This document shows, piece after piece, positions 1 through 11,558 of a stretch of 64,000 bases of DNA. Each line of letters starts with the position of its first letter. Positions within the stretch are counted from its first letter, which is position 1. Made by a program: the position numbers and the translations under genes. The notes under the pieces were generated by a model. That model was not told where the DNA came from. It worked only from the letters and a program-made list of their open reading frames with translations, and searched no databases. This stretch comes from Vicugna vicugna (taxonomy: Eukaryota): assembly GCA_013265495.1 (NCBI GenBank), contig MU063738.1, forward strand, positions 186,001-250,000, in the 5' to 3' direction.

Positions 1-1879
1 CTCCAAATCTCATGACTCAGCAGACCTAGGACATCCCGTTCCTGCGGCAGCCCTCCCCCAGCTCTGGGCCCCAGACCCAGAAAGTGAAGACAGTCCCACC
101 CGCTCTCTGGACTCTCATTTACCTCTCCCATTTAGGGTCCCCCTTCCCCTTCCTCTATTTCCTCCCCATCTCAGGGCACAGGGTTGTTATTTCTTAACTA
201 AAAAGATAGATGGTTTATCCTTTCTCCTTCCCCCTTTTCATTCCCACATTCCGCAGGTGCCTCCAGGACACCCCTAGCCCATAGAGTGTGTGGGGCTTAC
301 AAAGCCCCCCTCCCCCTGCAGTGTCCTCCCCCATTCGCTGTTGGCTAGAGAAGTAAGCGCGTGCCACTGCTTTCTCCTGTAGCGGCTGAGATAAAGGAGT
401 ACAAGGACAGAGGAGGTGGTGGCCCAGGAGTGGGGCACTGCAGTGGGGAGAGAGGGCTGCCTAGATGGGAGTGGGGGTAGGCTAGACCTGGAGAGCTGGA
501 GCGCTCCCTCCCCTGCCCCCGTCCTGCTGCTGCCTGGAGGGGAGGCTCCCTGGTGTGATAGATTGTCCTCAACCCATCCATCCAGCTCCTGGTAACCAGG
601 GCACCTCATCAGAGGGTGTGACCGTGGGGAGCAGGGCAGCCCTTAATCCCTCCAGGTCATCTCCCCCTGCTTAGGTCCAAGTCCAGCCTCCAGGCTGCTG
701 GAAGCATCTCTGTGGCCACCAGAGAAGCCAAAGAGAAGAGGCAAGCCCAGTGCCCCTAAAGCCCTGCCAGAGGGGCTGGCGGGAGGGGCAGGGCAGCTCT
801 GATGCATTGGGATGTGCCTGGCGTCCTGGTGAGCAGTGGCCTGTGTCAGGGCTCTGGGGCTGAGTCAGCACCAGGGGTCCTGGCTGGGCACACTGTGGCC
901 TGGCCCAGAGAGCCCAGCCCTTCTCCTGTCCATGCCCCTGGGGAATGACAAGTGCTAGCTGGAGCCTCACTCCAGGCTGCTTTTCGTGGGGGACCTTCCT
1001 CTGCCCTGCCCGCCTCTTGGATGGATGCCCCTGGGGGACAGATGCCTAGCTCTTGGACAGGCAACATTTTGCGGGGGGCGGGGTGGATTTTTCAAACACA
1101 GTTTTCATATTTTCAGCTTTGGGGCCTGATTGCTACAGAGCAGGACCAGGGGAGGAGAACAGTGTTGGCATTTGTGAGCGTTGCCCTTTCCCCACAGAAG
1201 AGCTTGCAACTGGCTCCGTCTCAGGACCACTGTTGGTTTTGTCCCTGGGCAAAGCATGTGCTAGTTCAGACCTGGCAGGGGCAGGGAGACCCTTTCTGGA
1301 GCTGAGTCCAGGCTCTCCTGACCTTTCACCCTCAGGCAGCTTCCAGGCAAATGCCAAAGGGCCCCCACATACACACACTACAGAGACCTGGGGAGGGGTG
1401 GCCTTTGGAGGTGACTGCAGGGGCCTCTTGGCTGTCCTCTCCAGGCCAGTATCACCCAGCCCCAGTGGCCCTAGTGGCCCCTTAGTCACTTCCTGGACTT
1501 TGTCCTGTCTCCTGTCTCCTGGGTCTCCTGTCCTCCCCTCAGAGAGCAGAGGGGCAGCAGGTGGGCTAGGAGCTGGGTGTGGGGACAGTGAGGATGCAGG
1601 GGAGGAGGCTGGGGCTCACTGGGCTGGGAGAGTGGCCCGTTGTCCTCTCCCTGTCCCCTCGTGGGCAGTCGGAGGCTGTGACACTGGAATGGGTAGTTGG
1701 CCTTTCCTGACCTAGGTTCTGGCTGAAGCTGGGTTTGCTTTTCTTGAGCCAGACGACGCGGAAGGTCCCGGGTGACAGGGATGCTCTTCCAGAGCTGGAC
1801 TGGCCGCCAGGGGAGTGACAGTGGGTGCTGACTCTGTTGGGGCTGTGAGTAAAGCAGGAAGCAGCAAGCCGTGGAGGCT

Positions 1880-2400
1880 GGGAGCCCCACAGGCCTGGGT
1901 TCAAATCTCTGGGCCACTAATTACAGAGTGTGCGACTTTATTAATTCAGCAAGTGCTTATGGTGAGCACCGGCTTGGTGCAGGCCGTGTTCTAGTCACTG
2001 TGGGTGCCACGGTGAACACGGCAGACAAGATCCCGGCCATTCTGAATTTCGCATCCCAGGGGGCTGAGGCAGGTCACTTGGGTGCTCTGAGCATCAGTTT
2101 CTATGTTGTTCAGCCACTACTTTTTGAGAGTCCACTGTGTGCCAGGAGCTGTGCTTGGCAGCGGAGACTCAGTGGGAACAGAACAGCCCTGGTTCCTGCC
2201 TTCATGGCACGTATGATCTTGTAAGTAACACGACCGAGCAAATAATCACACAACTAATTAATCACAATCGTGACAAGGTTTAGGAAAGCGTGCAGGATGC
2301 TTTTTGAAAGCATGTGATGAGGTGACCTGACAAGGTCTGGTGAGTTTTGTCTGTAAAACAGAGGTGATAATACTTACCTGTAGGGTAGTAAGCACTCAGT
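1880..2400. mobile_element. MIR interrupted by two L2 3'-end fragments
   Basis: MIR head (CCTGGGTTCAAATC) at ~1895; L2 tails (TTTATTAATTCAGCAAGTGC..; ..TGTGCCAGGAGCTGTGCTTGG..) at ~1937-2060 and ~2105-2345; MIR core resumes (CTGTAAAACAGAGGTGATAATACTTACCT) at ~2350. Confidence 0.65.
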
Positions 2401-2619
2401 AAATGGGAACTTTTGCTGTGGCCTGCTGGACAGATACAATTCTAAATTTTCACGTGAGCCATCATCACACAGGCAACAAGATGACATTCCTCCAACACTC
2501 GATCAGAGGAGCTGGGGTCCAGGAAGCCCCCAACCCCACATGGTGACCGATGTGATTTCCTTGGAGGAATGTCAGCTCACAGAAGTCTGTCTCAGGGGCA
2601 AGGTGGTGCCTTTGGCCAG

Positions 2620-2810
2620 GTTGCCTGGGTTCCGTGGGGCTCTGCCACTCACTCTGACTGTGGGCAATTTAGTCAAACTGTGTTTCTCAGTCTCCTCATC
2701 TGTAGGATGAAGATAAGATTCACATCTAGGTTTTCTGTGAGGATTAAATGAATTAATTCCTGGAACCTGTTTGGATGGGCACACAGAGCGTGGTGAGTGC
2801 TGTGTAAGCA
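2620..2810 (+). mobile_element. MIR
   Basis: CTCAGTCTCCTCATCTGTAGGATG..TGTGAGGATTAAATGA core. Confidence 0.75.
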
Positions 2811-3619
2811 CAGACTGGATTCTTTCCTGGGTTCTCAGCTGGAGAGACCACGTCCCCTCCCTGTTCTTAAAAACTCGGGAAGAAGCTGCCTTAACTGCCT
2901 CCAGGGCTGTTCCAGTGCTTCATGCCTCTGACTGTCAGGTCGCTCTTTGTGCCTGCCGAGCCATATCTTGCCCAAGTTTAACTGCTGGGAAGGATTTGTC
3001 CCAGCAAGCCTTCATTTTTATCCTTGGAACTGGTAGTTCACAGTAGTAGCCAGAATGATGAGTAAGTTTGGATCATGAGTCTGGACTTTGGGAAGCACCC
3101 GGCTACCAGCCCTTCCCCCAAAGACATCTGAACTTCAGCAAGGGGCCCAAAGTTACGCACCAAGAAAGACTCCCCAAATGCATGGGCTGCAGCGATGTCC
3201 TGAAAGCTTCCTCTGGATCATTTCCACCAGAGTTCCCCTCACCTGTCTGGCCAGGAGCCCATCTGACTGAACGCCAGGGTCAGGAGGTGGGAAGCTAGTC
3301 CCCTTCCAGACCTTGCTGCTCAGGAAAGTGGGATAGAGGTCTGGGACCATGATCGTGGCCCCTGAGCCCCAGAGGGTTTGGTGCCACCAAGCAGCCCCCA
3401 AGTTGGGGGTCAAGCAAGAGACGAAGGGGAGTCACCCTGCTGCTGTGAACTCAGCAGAGGCTCTTCTTTGCTGCTTTGTCTGGGACCTCAGGACCCCAGC
3501 TCTTACTGCAGGAAGCACTCACTGGTGGGTGTGAGGAAAGGCAGGCCCAGTGCGGCAGGGGGACTGTGGAGCAGGCGCCAACTCCTCCCCTCCGTCACCC
3601 CCACACCGCCCCATGAAGC

Positions 3620-3790
3620 TTTTGCATCGCTCATCGCTGCCATCCTCAGTACAGCCATCACCGCCCCATTTTACAGTGAAGAGGCAAAGGCCCAGAGTAG
3701 TTATGCGACTTGTTCAAAGTCTCACCCCACCGAGGGCAGGCACGCTGGGGGCTTTGCAGGCCACCGTGGCTGACAGGTCAGAACTTTCCT
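3620..3790 (-). mobile_element. MIR
   Basis: CCCCATTTTACAGTGAAGAGGCAAAGGCCCAGAG reverse core. Confidence 0.65.
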
Positions 3791-4096
3791 CCCCAGCCAG
3801 CCTCCCCTGCCTTGCCCTTTCTCACTAGCTCTGCCTTTGGCAGCAAATGAACATGGTCACCGGTGCTCAGGGACAAGGCCATTCATTCCTTGAGTATAAA
3901 CAGGACACTGGTGACAGATCAGGCAGTGATCCCCTGGCAAAATTGAGTTCGCCTCCCTCCGTGGTGCTGGGTTTCCGTGGACTTGCCACAGGGCTTTGGC
4001 AGCCTCAGAGGCACCTGCTCAGAAGCAGGGCAGCATGGTGGGTGCACCAGACCAGGTGAGGGGCCCCGGCCTCAGCAGCCTTGTCTGAGCAGACGC

Positions 4097-4104
4097 TGAC
4101 GTCA
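4097..4104. promoter_or_regulatory. Full palindromic CRE (TGACGTCA)
   Basis: Exact 8-mer; function not shown by sequence. Confidence 0.35.
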
Positions 4105-4185
4105 TCGGCACAGGAGCCTCTGCAGTATCCTCGTTTAGTGATTCCAGGCTTCCTCTGATGCCCACAGCAGCAGGACATGGGCCTG

Positions 4186-4238
4186 TGTGTGTGTGTGTGT
4201 GTGTGTACATGCGTGTGTACATATGTGTACACACGTGT
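4186..4238. repeat. (TG)n / alternating purine-pyrimidine microsatellite
   Basis: TGTGTGTG...TACATGCGTGTGTACATATGTGTACACACGTGT. Confidence 0.9.
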
Positions 4239-7200
4239 GGGGCCGTGGGACCCAATAGAGAAGGGCTCCCGAAAATGTAGAAACCAGGTGGTGTCTAACT
4301 GCTTCTGCTTTGTGTCCAGGCTTGAGAAGCTGGGATTCGCATGGGACTCACAGCCCTGCACCCAGCTGGGCCCTCTCGCCCCTCCCAGTGCAGATGGACT
4401 GAGACCTCCCAAAAGGCCCCAGAGATGAAAGGGAAGCTCAGAATAGCGGCACCTCCTCCCATCAGCCTAGGAGCACCCCCAGGGCAGGCCCTTCTGTGGG
4501 CCCCTAGCCCCAGGTTAGGTCTCTGCAGCGAGGGCTCACCTGTGCCTGGGCTCGGTGGGGCTGGGCCCCCAGGTGCTCCCCAGGCTAGGACAGCATCCCG
4601 CCAGAACCAGGAGCTGGTTCTTCTCAGGCTGGGCCCCGGGGCCCTCCGCAAACAAGCCAGGAAGCCTGAGGCCTCCTCGCTGGCAGTCTGGGGCCAGGGT
4701 GGGACGGTGGCCCAGCAGTGGGTGGGGTCAGGGAGCTCCCCTGAGGCATTTGTGGGGACCAGGTGCCTCTTCGTGGGACAGGGAGTCCTCAGGCCGCCGA
4801 GAGCCCTAGCAGGACTCCCCGTAACTGGGCTGATGCAGTGGCCCTGGAGTTCAGCAATTAAGGAATATTCCAATTATTCACCCATTCCAGGCATCTAATA
4901 GCAGGTGTAGTGTACTGTGGGCCTGGCACTAGGGAGGTGGGAAAGCAGAAATGAACGGAGGAATGGGAGGTGGGCTCTGAGCCTGAGGAGGGGTGGGCCA
5001 GGAGGAACTAACCCTTCCCACCCCCAAGTAGGCAGAGGGACTGAGCTGGTGGGAGGTCGGGTCCCAGGCCTCTGCTTCTCAGCTCAGGGGGGATTAGAGC
5101 GGGGTGCTTGGCAGGGGCTGGGGGAGTAAGGACAGAGGCCGGGGGTGGGGGGCTCTTCTCCCAGCCTCCTGCTCTGCTCTGGAGAGGATGGGGTTATAAC
5201 TGACCGAAGGGTTAGGGTTAGGGAGCTGCCTGGGGCCTGTCTGTGACCCCCTTTCTTCCCTTCCTTTCTCTCTTCACCCCCTTCCTCACGCCCACTCCTG
5301 GGGTCAGTGTCCTCTGTCGCACATGAGGCAGGCCCTGTGTTAGCGCTGGCAGGGTGGGCAGCGTGCTTGGCCTGCGGCCCACTGTGGCCTAGAGCCACTG
5401 TCCGTCTCCTTCCAGAGCAGAAGTGACTTCCCCAAGGCCCACCTGTGCTCTGGGCTCCAGGGACGCTTCCTGAGAACGCCTCTCCCCCTGGCGTTGATTC
5501 TGGTCTGGACTCACCGCCCTGCATTTGGGGCCGTCCTTCTTGCTTTGGAAGGACACTGAGAGAGCAGCTTTTCTCCTGTTTGCAGACAGGAGGCCCTTTG
5601 TGATGTCTGATCTCAACTTCTTCCCCTGCTGCACCTCGACCTTGTGTCCCCGACCCCTTCCCGTGTGGACAGTACCTCGCAGGAGCCCAGGGGACCCGGC
5701 AGGGCAAAGGGGCCTCTGAGGGCCTCACCTCTCTCGTGTGTTTGGAGAAAAGCGAACACACAGTCCTCTGTCTCTGTCCTCCGTGGGGCCACCTGGCTGC
5801 CCACTTCACTGTCCATCATGATCCCTGATTGAGCCAACTGATGTGGCCAAATTTGCAGGCCGGTGACGGGGTCGCACATCAGGTGCAGACCCCTGGATTC
5901 CCAGTTCGCCTCGGAGGGCTGAGGAGTGCAGGGAGGGTAAACAGACCTGGTGGCTGAGGGATCAGGGTCCTGGGACAAAGACCTAGGGCTGGAATCCAGC
6001 CTCCCTCTCTGGGGGCCAAGGAAGCACAGAGTTAACTGACGGAAGGGGACAGGGCTCCCTCTCTCAGTTTGATTCTCCCATGAGGAGGAAAGGCATCACT
6101 TTAATAAGACTGCCCTGGTTCCAAATCAATGCTGGCTTCGCAGAAGGCAAAGAGGGAGGCACAGCTGAGAAATTGGATTAGCTCTTTGATGCTGGGAACC
6201 TTGCTGCTGCTGGGCTGTGCAGGAGGGGCAGGCCCCAGAGGTCTGAGTCTTCCCGGGGACCCGGACCCCGTCCCCAGCTAGGCAGGTCTCCTGATGGGTC
6301 TCCAGGGATCACAGAAAGTGACAGACGCCAGGTCCTCACCACGCAGAGGCTTCCCTGGGGTGTAGACAGTGAGCGTGGGGAGAGGAGGTGAAGGGACGAA
6401 GAGAAGGGGCCCCGGTCCAGGCCCCACAGCTGCATGCTCTCCGGGACACCTCCGAGAACACACGTGCAGACCAGGCCTGCACTGCTCCCATTTCCCTGCA
6501 GGAGTTCCTCACGCTAAGCCCAGAGACTAATCTGAAGATAAGGACCCGGCCCTGGTGGAGAGCATGTGAGGTCCTGGGACGGCAGTCCTTAGAGTGGTGT
6601 ACGGGCCCATGGCCCCCAGAGTCTTCCAGGAGGTCCGCAAGGTCGAACTGGCCTCAAAGAGCCCAGGCTCCTTGCTGTTTCCGCTATGCGCAGTGACGGT
6701 ATGGCAGCCATGGTGGCCAAGACCACTGCGCACCATCGCAGGCGTCAGGGCAGGACATCAGACCATTCCAGCCCCTGTGCTGTCCCCACCACATGCCTGC
6801 TGAATAAATCAATGCTAGTTTCTTTAAATATTTCTTTAATTAGATATTTTATTAAACCTTGACACTTGAGTGCACACCTTCCTAATACTCTCTGTGATAA
6901 AACAGGAAGTTCACATACAGCACTTCGGTCTGAGAGCATTTGATGTTTCACCCCCATTTACAGGTGGAGTCAGTGTCCCCCAAGGACATATCGCAGGTGG
7001 GCAGCAGAATCGGCACCCCATGTGGCTTGTTGGGGAGGGGACCGCTGCCCGGGGACTGCGGACAAGGCCCGGCACAGGCCGGGTCCTCAGGGCTCTACAC
7101 CGGCCGTGCTGCTGGTGTGAGTGCACCGGCCCTGCCCACGCGGCCCTGGGGTGCAGGGAACCCGGGCGCCAGCCCCTCGGGAGTGAAACCTTGCCAAGGG

Positions 7201-8803
7201 GGCCTGCTGCTTCCGTCTGCCTGTTGCCGATGGGACCTGGGGCCCCTGCTAAGCAGGCCTCTCAAGGGCCTGAGAAGTAAGAGTCAGCCCTTGACCCCCG
7301 ACAGTCAGGAGTCCACACAGTCCCTCCTGCTGTGCTGGGGCCACTTACTCTCATTCTGTGCCATCCCTGGTCCAGCCTGCGAGTTGGGGACTGGCGGGTC
7401 CGTGCACACAGTCCAGCAGCTGCAGAGGAGCTGAGAGCCGGAGGCAGTGCTGGACCCTGTGTGCCTGGACAGCCGCCCATGTGATGGAGATTTAGCGCCC
7501 TGACCCCCCAGCTAGGAGGTAACTGTTCCTCCCCCAGGAAGAACAGAGGTCTTGCTGTCTCTCCCGTGGCTTCTGTGGCTCTGGCTCTGAGAGACTGTGG
7601 TCGATTCATCCTGGGGGTGCTCAGGGAGGGCAGGGCGGGGAGGTCTGGAGGACTGTGCAAGAGCCACCTTCAGACGAAGGCAGATGTCTGCATATGCACG
7701 CCTGGCCCCACAGGGAGCCCACGTCCCACTCTTCACGGCCACACGGGGTAAGTGACCATCCTGGCACATGGCTGATTCCTGGCTCAGCCGTTCTGGGCTG
7801 CCCACTGCTGACCGGGACAGGAGAAGACGGGGCCACCTGGATGAGGGGTTGCTGGAGCAGTTTGTCCTTTCCTGGGGGTGGACGTTGAGGCCCTGGGCAC
7901 TGTCCTGTGGGGTCTCCCAGCTACAGCAGGAGTCAGGCCCCTGATCTCTGCTCTCCTAGTGTCCCTGAGCGTCTGGCTCTTCCTTTTTGTACCCAGGAGA
8001 CGATTGAAGGTAGACCCTGGGCTGGGCACCAGTGGGTGGGGGTGAACTCAGCATTGATTGGGAGCTGCTCAGAGGATGTGGGTAGCCCCCCCTAGGGCAG
8101 GCTGGAACCCCTAGGCCTCTCAGTTCTGGGGCACAGGGCTCTGGCCCTTAATAAACTAGACAGGTCCCACAGGGGCCCGTCCCAGGGCCCACCTGCTGTC
8201 GCCCTACTTCCAGAGACCATTTCTTTCTAGTTTGTGGTTTGCAGCACCTCCAGGCACAGAATCAGAGTAGGGAAAAGTCACAATTTCACATAAACATGAG
8301 AGGCCCACCGCCACCCACACACTGCTGGCGGCCTGCCCACGGGCACTGGTTCCTCGCGTGTTCCTTGGAAATTGAGAACAAAATGGAACCTGAGGCCTTG
8401 TCTGCAGGTCGTAGCTCTTCTAGGAGGGGGTTGCTGGGGTGTGGGGGTTGGTGCTCAGAAGCAGGGGCTTGGTGGGACATGGATGAGACAAGGTGTCTGG
8501 TCAGGACCTGGGGCACCAGGACTGCGCGGGAGACACGTGTTGGGGAGGGCTTGGGGTGGGGAGTATAGCCTCTAGGCTCATGAAATCCTCAACAACGTGA
8601 GGGGCTCGTCCAAAGCAGGGTCCTCGTCAGACACGACCTACAGAGTCTGGAACCCTGTCTGTGTCCCGAGCTCTCCAGGGACAAAAGTCATGCCGTTGCC
8701 TCTTCTCTGTCCTCAGTAGTGGAGATGATGGAGAAGCAGGGACCTCTGGCCTCACAGTCTCTCAGCTGTGTGTCGCTGGCCAGGCCCGGGCCACACCCTC
8801 CTC

Positions 8804-8853
8804 CTCACTCACTCACTCAATCACTCACTCACTCACTCACTCACTCATTCACT
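8804..8853. repeat. (TCAC)n tetranucleotide repeat
   Basis: About 12 units of CACT/TCAC, L2-tail-like. Confidence 0.9.
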
Positions 8854-10304
8854 CCTGCAGAAGCATACACGAATGGGCATTCTGCTAGGACAGAGCTGAC
8901 CAGTCCCTGCCCTCAGGGCACTTAAAGGCTGAGGAAGCAAAACAGTCAACAAAAGAGGATCATTTAATTACAATTACGACAGTTGGTGTGCAGTAGAAAG
9001 CACCCAGTGCCGAGGGCTCATGATGGGGTCCTCCAGCGGGTGGGGATGGTGGGGATGCTCCCGGCACTTCTGGGGTGTGGGTGCATCTGTGTAGCCCAAC
9101 CCTGGGGGCGGGGCTCCAGGAAGGGCTCTGAGTTGGGGGTGGGTTCTGGGCTTGGAGGCTGTGCAGTGTTGGCTCTGCCTCCAGTTCCCCATGTGGCCTT
9201 GAGCTGATCATTCCCCTCTTTGTAGCTGCTTCTTCCTCTGTAAAATGAGGAGATTGAACTAGAAAATCCTGCCATCCCTTCTCAGGGTCCCAGAATAGCA
9301 TTGGAGTTTTTCAAGGCCAAACTGTAGATCTTCTGGAGGCTGAGACAGAAAGTCAGGACCAAGGCTAAGAAGGCTCCTGGGCCCTGAGTCCAGTGAGCAG
9401 GTGCCTGGAGAACAGGCCCAGAGCCAAGGGTGTCTCACGCTGAGGAGTGGGTATGCAGATGTGTCCCAGCAAGGCAGGCATCAGGGATGGAGGTGTGAGA
9501 GGAGACGGCAGCTGGCCTCGCCCCAAGGGCGGGAGCAGAGCAACGGTTAGAACAGAAGCACGCAGGGCTTAGGGTAGACATTAGGCAGCACTTTCTTGAT
9601 TGTGGCACCGAAACATCTGGCAGGTGATCAGCGGGGTGAAGAAAGGGTGTCATGTTCGTTCCAGAAAAGCAGAGAAAGAGCTTTTCAGAGGGAGTGTTTG
9701 TGTGAAGGCAGGGGTGGTGGTGACCTTCCAAGGTCCCCCCTCAGACAAGTCCATGCATCTCTCCTCCTTGCCGTGCCACTGATGTCAGCGCCGTCTGGAC
9801 GTCTGTGAGAGAGAGCTGTCAGGTCCTCTTGGAAATGAGTTTCTGAGCATAAACTATCCCCAGTCCGCATCTCCTGATGACATGTGTGGCTAACTGTGCC
9901 GCTGTCACACTCGGTCAAATCGAGCGCAATTACCCCTTTGCTCTCTTGTCCTGCTGTAATAGGAGTACGGCCTCTGAGAAGTGTGTTAGTTGCTGGTGAC
10001 GTGATTGCTGGGGAGGCTGGGGTTGGCGGTTAAGGGAGGCCAGGGTGTTTCATGTTTCAGACCCAGAAACAAGGGCAGGAGACGGGCTTTTCCTCAGGGG
10101 ACCTTGGGGCAGTGCTGTCTCTGGAAATGAGTGGGGATCAGATGCCCTCTTGAGGGGCCTTCATGTCCTTGGACTTTTTTGTTGTTACCTTGGCGACGGG
10201 TTCTCTGTGTGTGTATGTGGGGGGGGGGTGTCTACTGAAACCCCACAGCCCACTTCCACTACAGGAGACACTCCACATCTTTAAAAATGATTCACAGTGT
10301 CAGA

Positions 10305-10435
10305 AAGGCAATAGTCTTAACCTAAAACACGAAAGATTTCAGGCAGATGCAAGAGGAGTTTCCGGACAGTACATGTGGTTAGACGTTGTGACAGATGACC
10401 AAGCAGGTGGTGAGACCTCCTTCCAAGACAAGTCA
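10305..10435 (+). mobile_element. L3/CR1 fragment
   Basis: GATTTCAGGCAGATGCAAGAGGAGTTTCCGGACAGTACATGTGGTTAGAC...ACCAAGCAGGTGGTGAGACCTCCTTCC resembles the CR1 3' region. Confidence 0.55.
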
Positions 10436-11537
10436 GGGCCAGGCTAGGTTTAGGAGAGGGCAGACTGACCACCATGACTGCCTCTGTCCCAGGGTCTGTG
10501 TGGGTGTAGACATGCGAGGAGAGCTGTGTGCAGGTGTCATGCTTCACTGTGTTCGCTAGGTGCATCACAGTGTAGGGAGAGGAGAGGAGGGGCAGGGGAG
10601 AATGCTGTGGGCGTGAGGGGCAGAGCAGGGTGAAAGCAACCCCCATCAGTGCTGTGATGGGGTGTGTGTGTGGACTCAGCCCCAGGAGACTTCAGTTATG
10701 AGAGTCAAACCTGCAGGAGGACATGCAGGTACCCCCACCACCTGGACCGCCCATTTATTTCCAGGATGCTGTACATCTCCTGCTAAAACAGCTCTTTTGT
10801 CTGTGATCCATTCACATATGCTGAATGTTTGCCCTGCAATGAGCAACCATCAGTCAGCCTCAATATTGAAGGGGCAGGAAAGAGCCAGGTCCCTGAAGAG
10901 TACGGCTTCTCAGTTTTTTCAGCTGGGACTGTAGCCTGGGGCTCCGGATACACTCAGCTCTTTCTTTTAAACACAACCCTGATGTTATTCCAAGTGTTCT
11001 CAGGGAATCTCAGGATTTATGCTGGAAATGCATAAACCTAATCTGAGGAGGGATGGGCAACGCGTTAATGTTTTGAACCCCTCCCCCCCCCACCAGCACT
11101 AGACTCTAAGGACCCACAGAAGGGTCACAAGTCATGACTCTGGACCTTGGAGGTGTGGCCTTGAAAGACCCGGATACCCACCCCCTAGCCTCTTGGCAGG
11201 ACCCTTCAAAATCCCCCTGCATCTGCTTAAGTTTCTCCTGTTGTCCACAGAGCCTCCGGACGTCTCGTGGCGTTCCATCCTAGTGACTTCCTTCTTGGAA
11301 AGTTCCCCCTTGGAAACCGTGGGGATGACTATATGAGTCCTGTTGTGTTCTCACTTCCAGCTTTCTGAAAGGACGGTCTCTCAGCATCTTAGATCAGGTG
11401 GCCACACCCAGCTAAGGTGTTGAGCAGCGGTGACGGGGTCGGATGATGCTCTTGGATGTCTGCTGTTCGTCCGTCTCCGTGTGAGAGTGCTGAGGCCCCG
11501 CAGTGCTGAGAAATGCAAACCCCGCGGTGGGCGGGTG

Positions 11538-11558
11538 TTCAGCACCACGGACAGAGCC
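11538..11558 (+). promoter_or_regulatory. RE1/NRSE (REST binding site)
   Basis: TTCAGCACCACGGACAGAGCC, 20/21 match to the canonical TTCAGCACCACGGACAGCGCC with canonical spacing, inside a CpG-rich patch (~11420-11700). Confidence 0.92.

Noticed and set aside
11040-11410. Possible LTR remnant just upstream of the RE1
   Set aside because: LTR-like in composition, but I could not match a family or termini with confidence.
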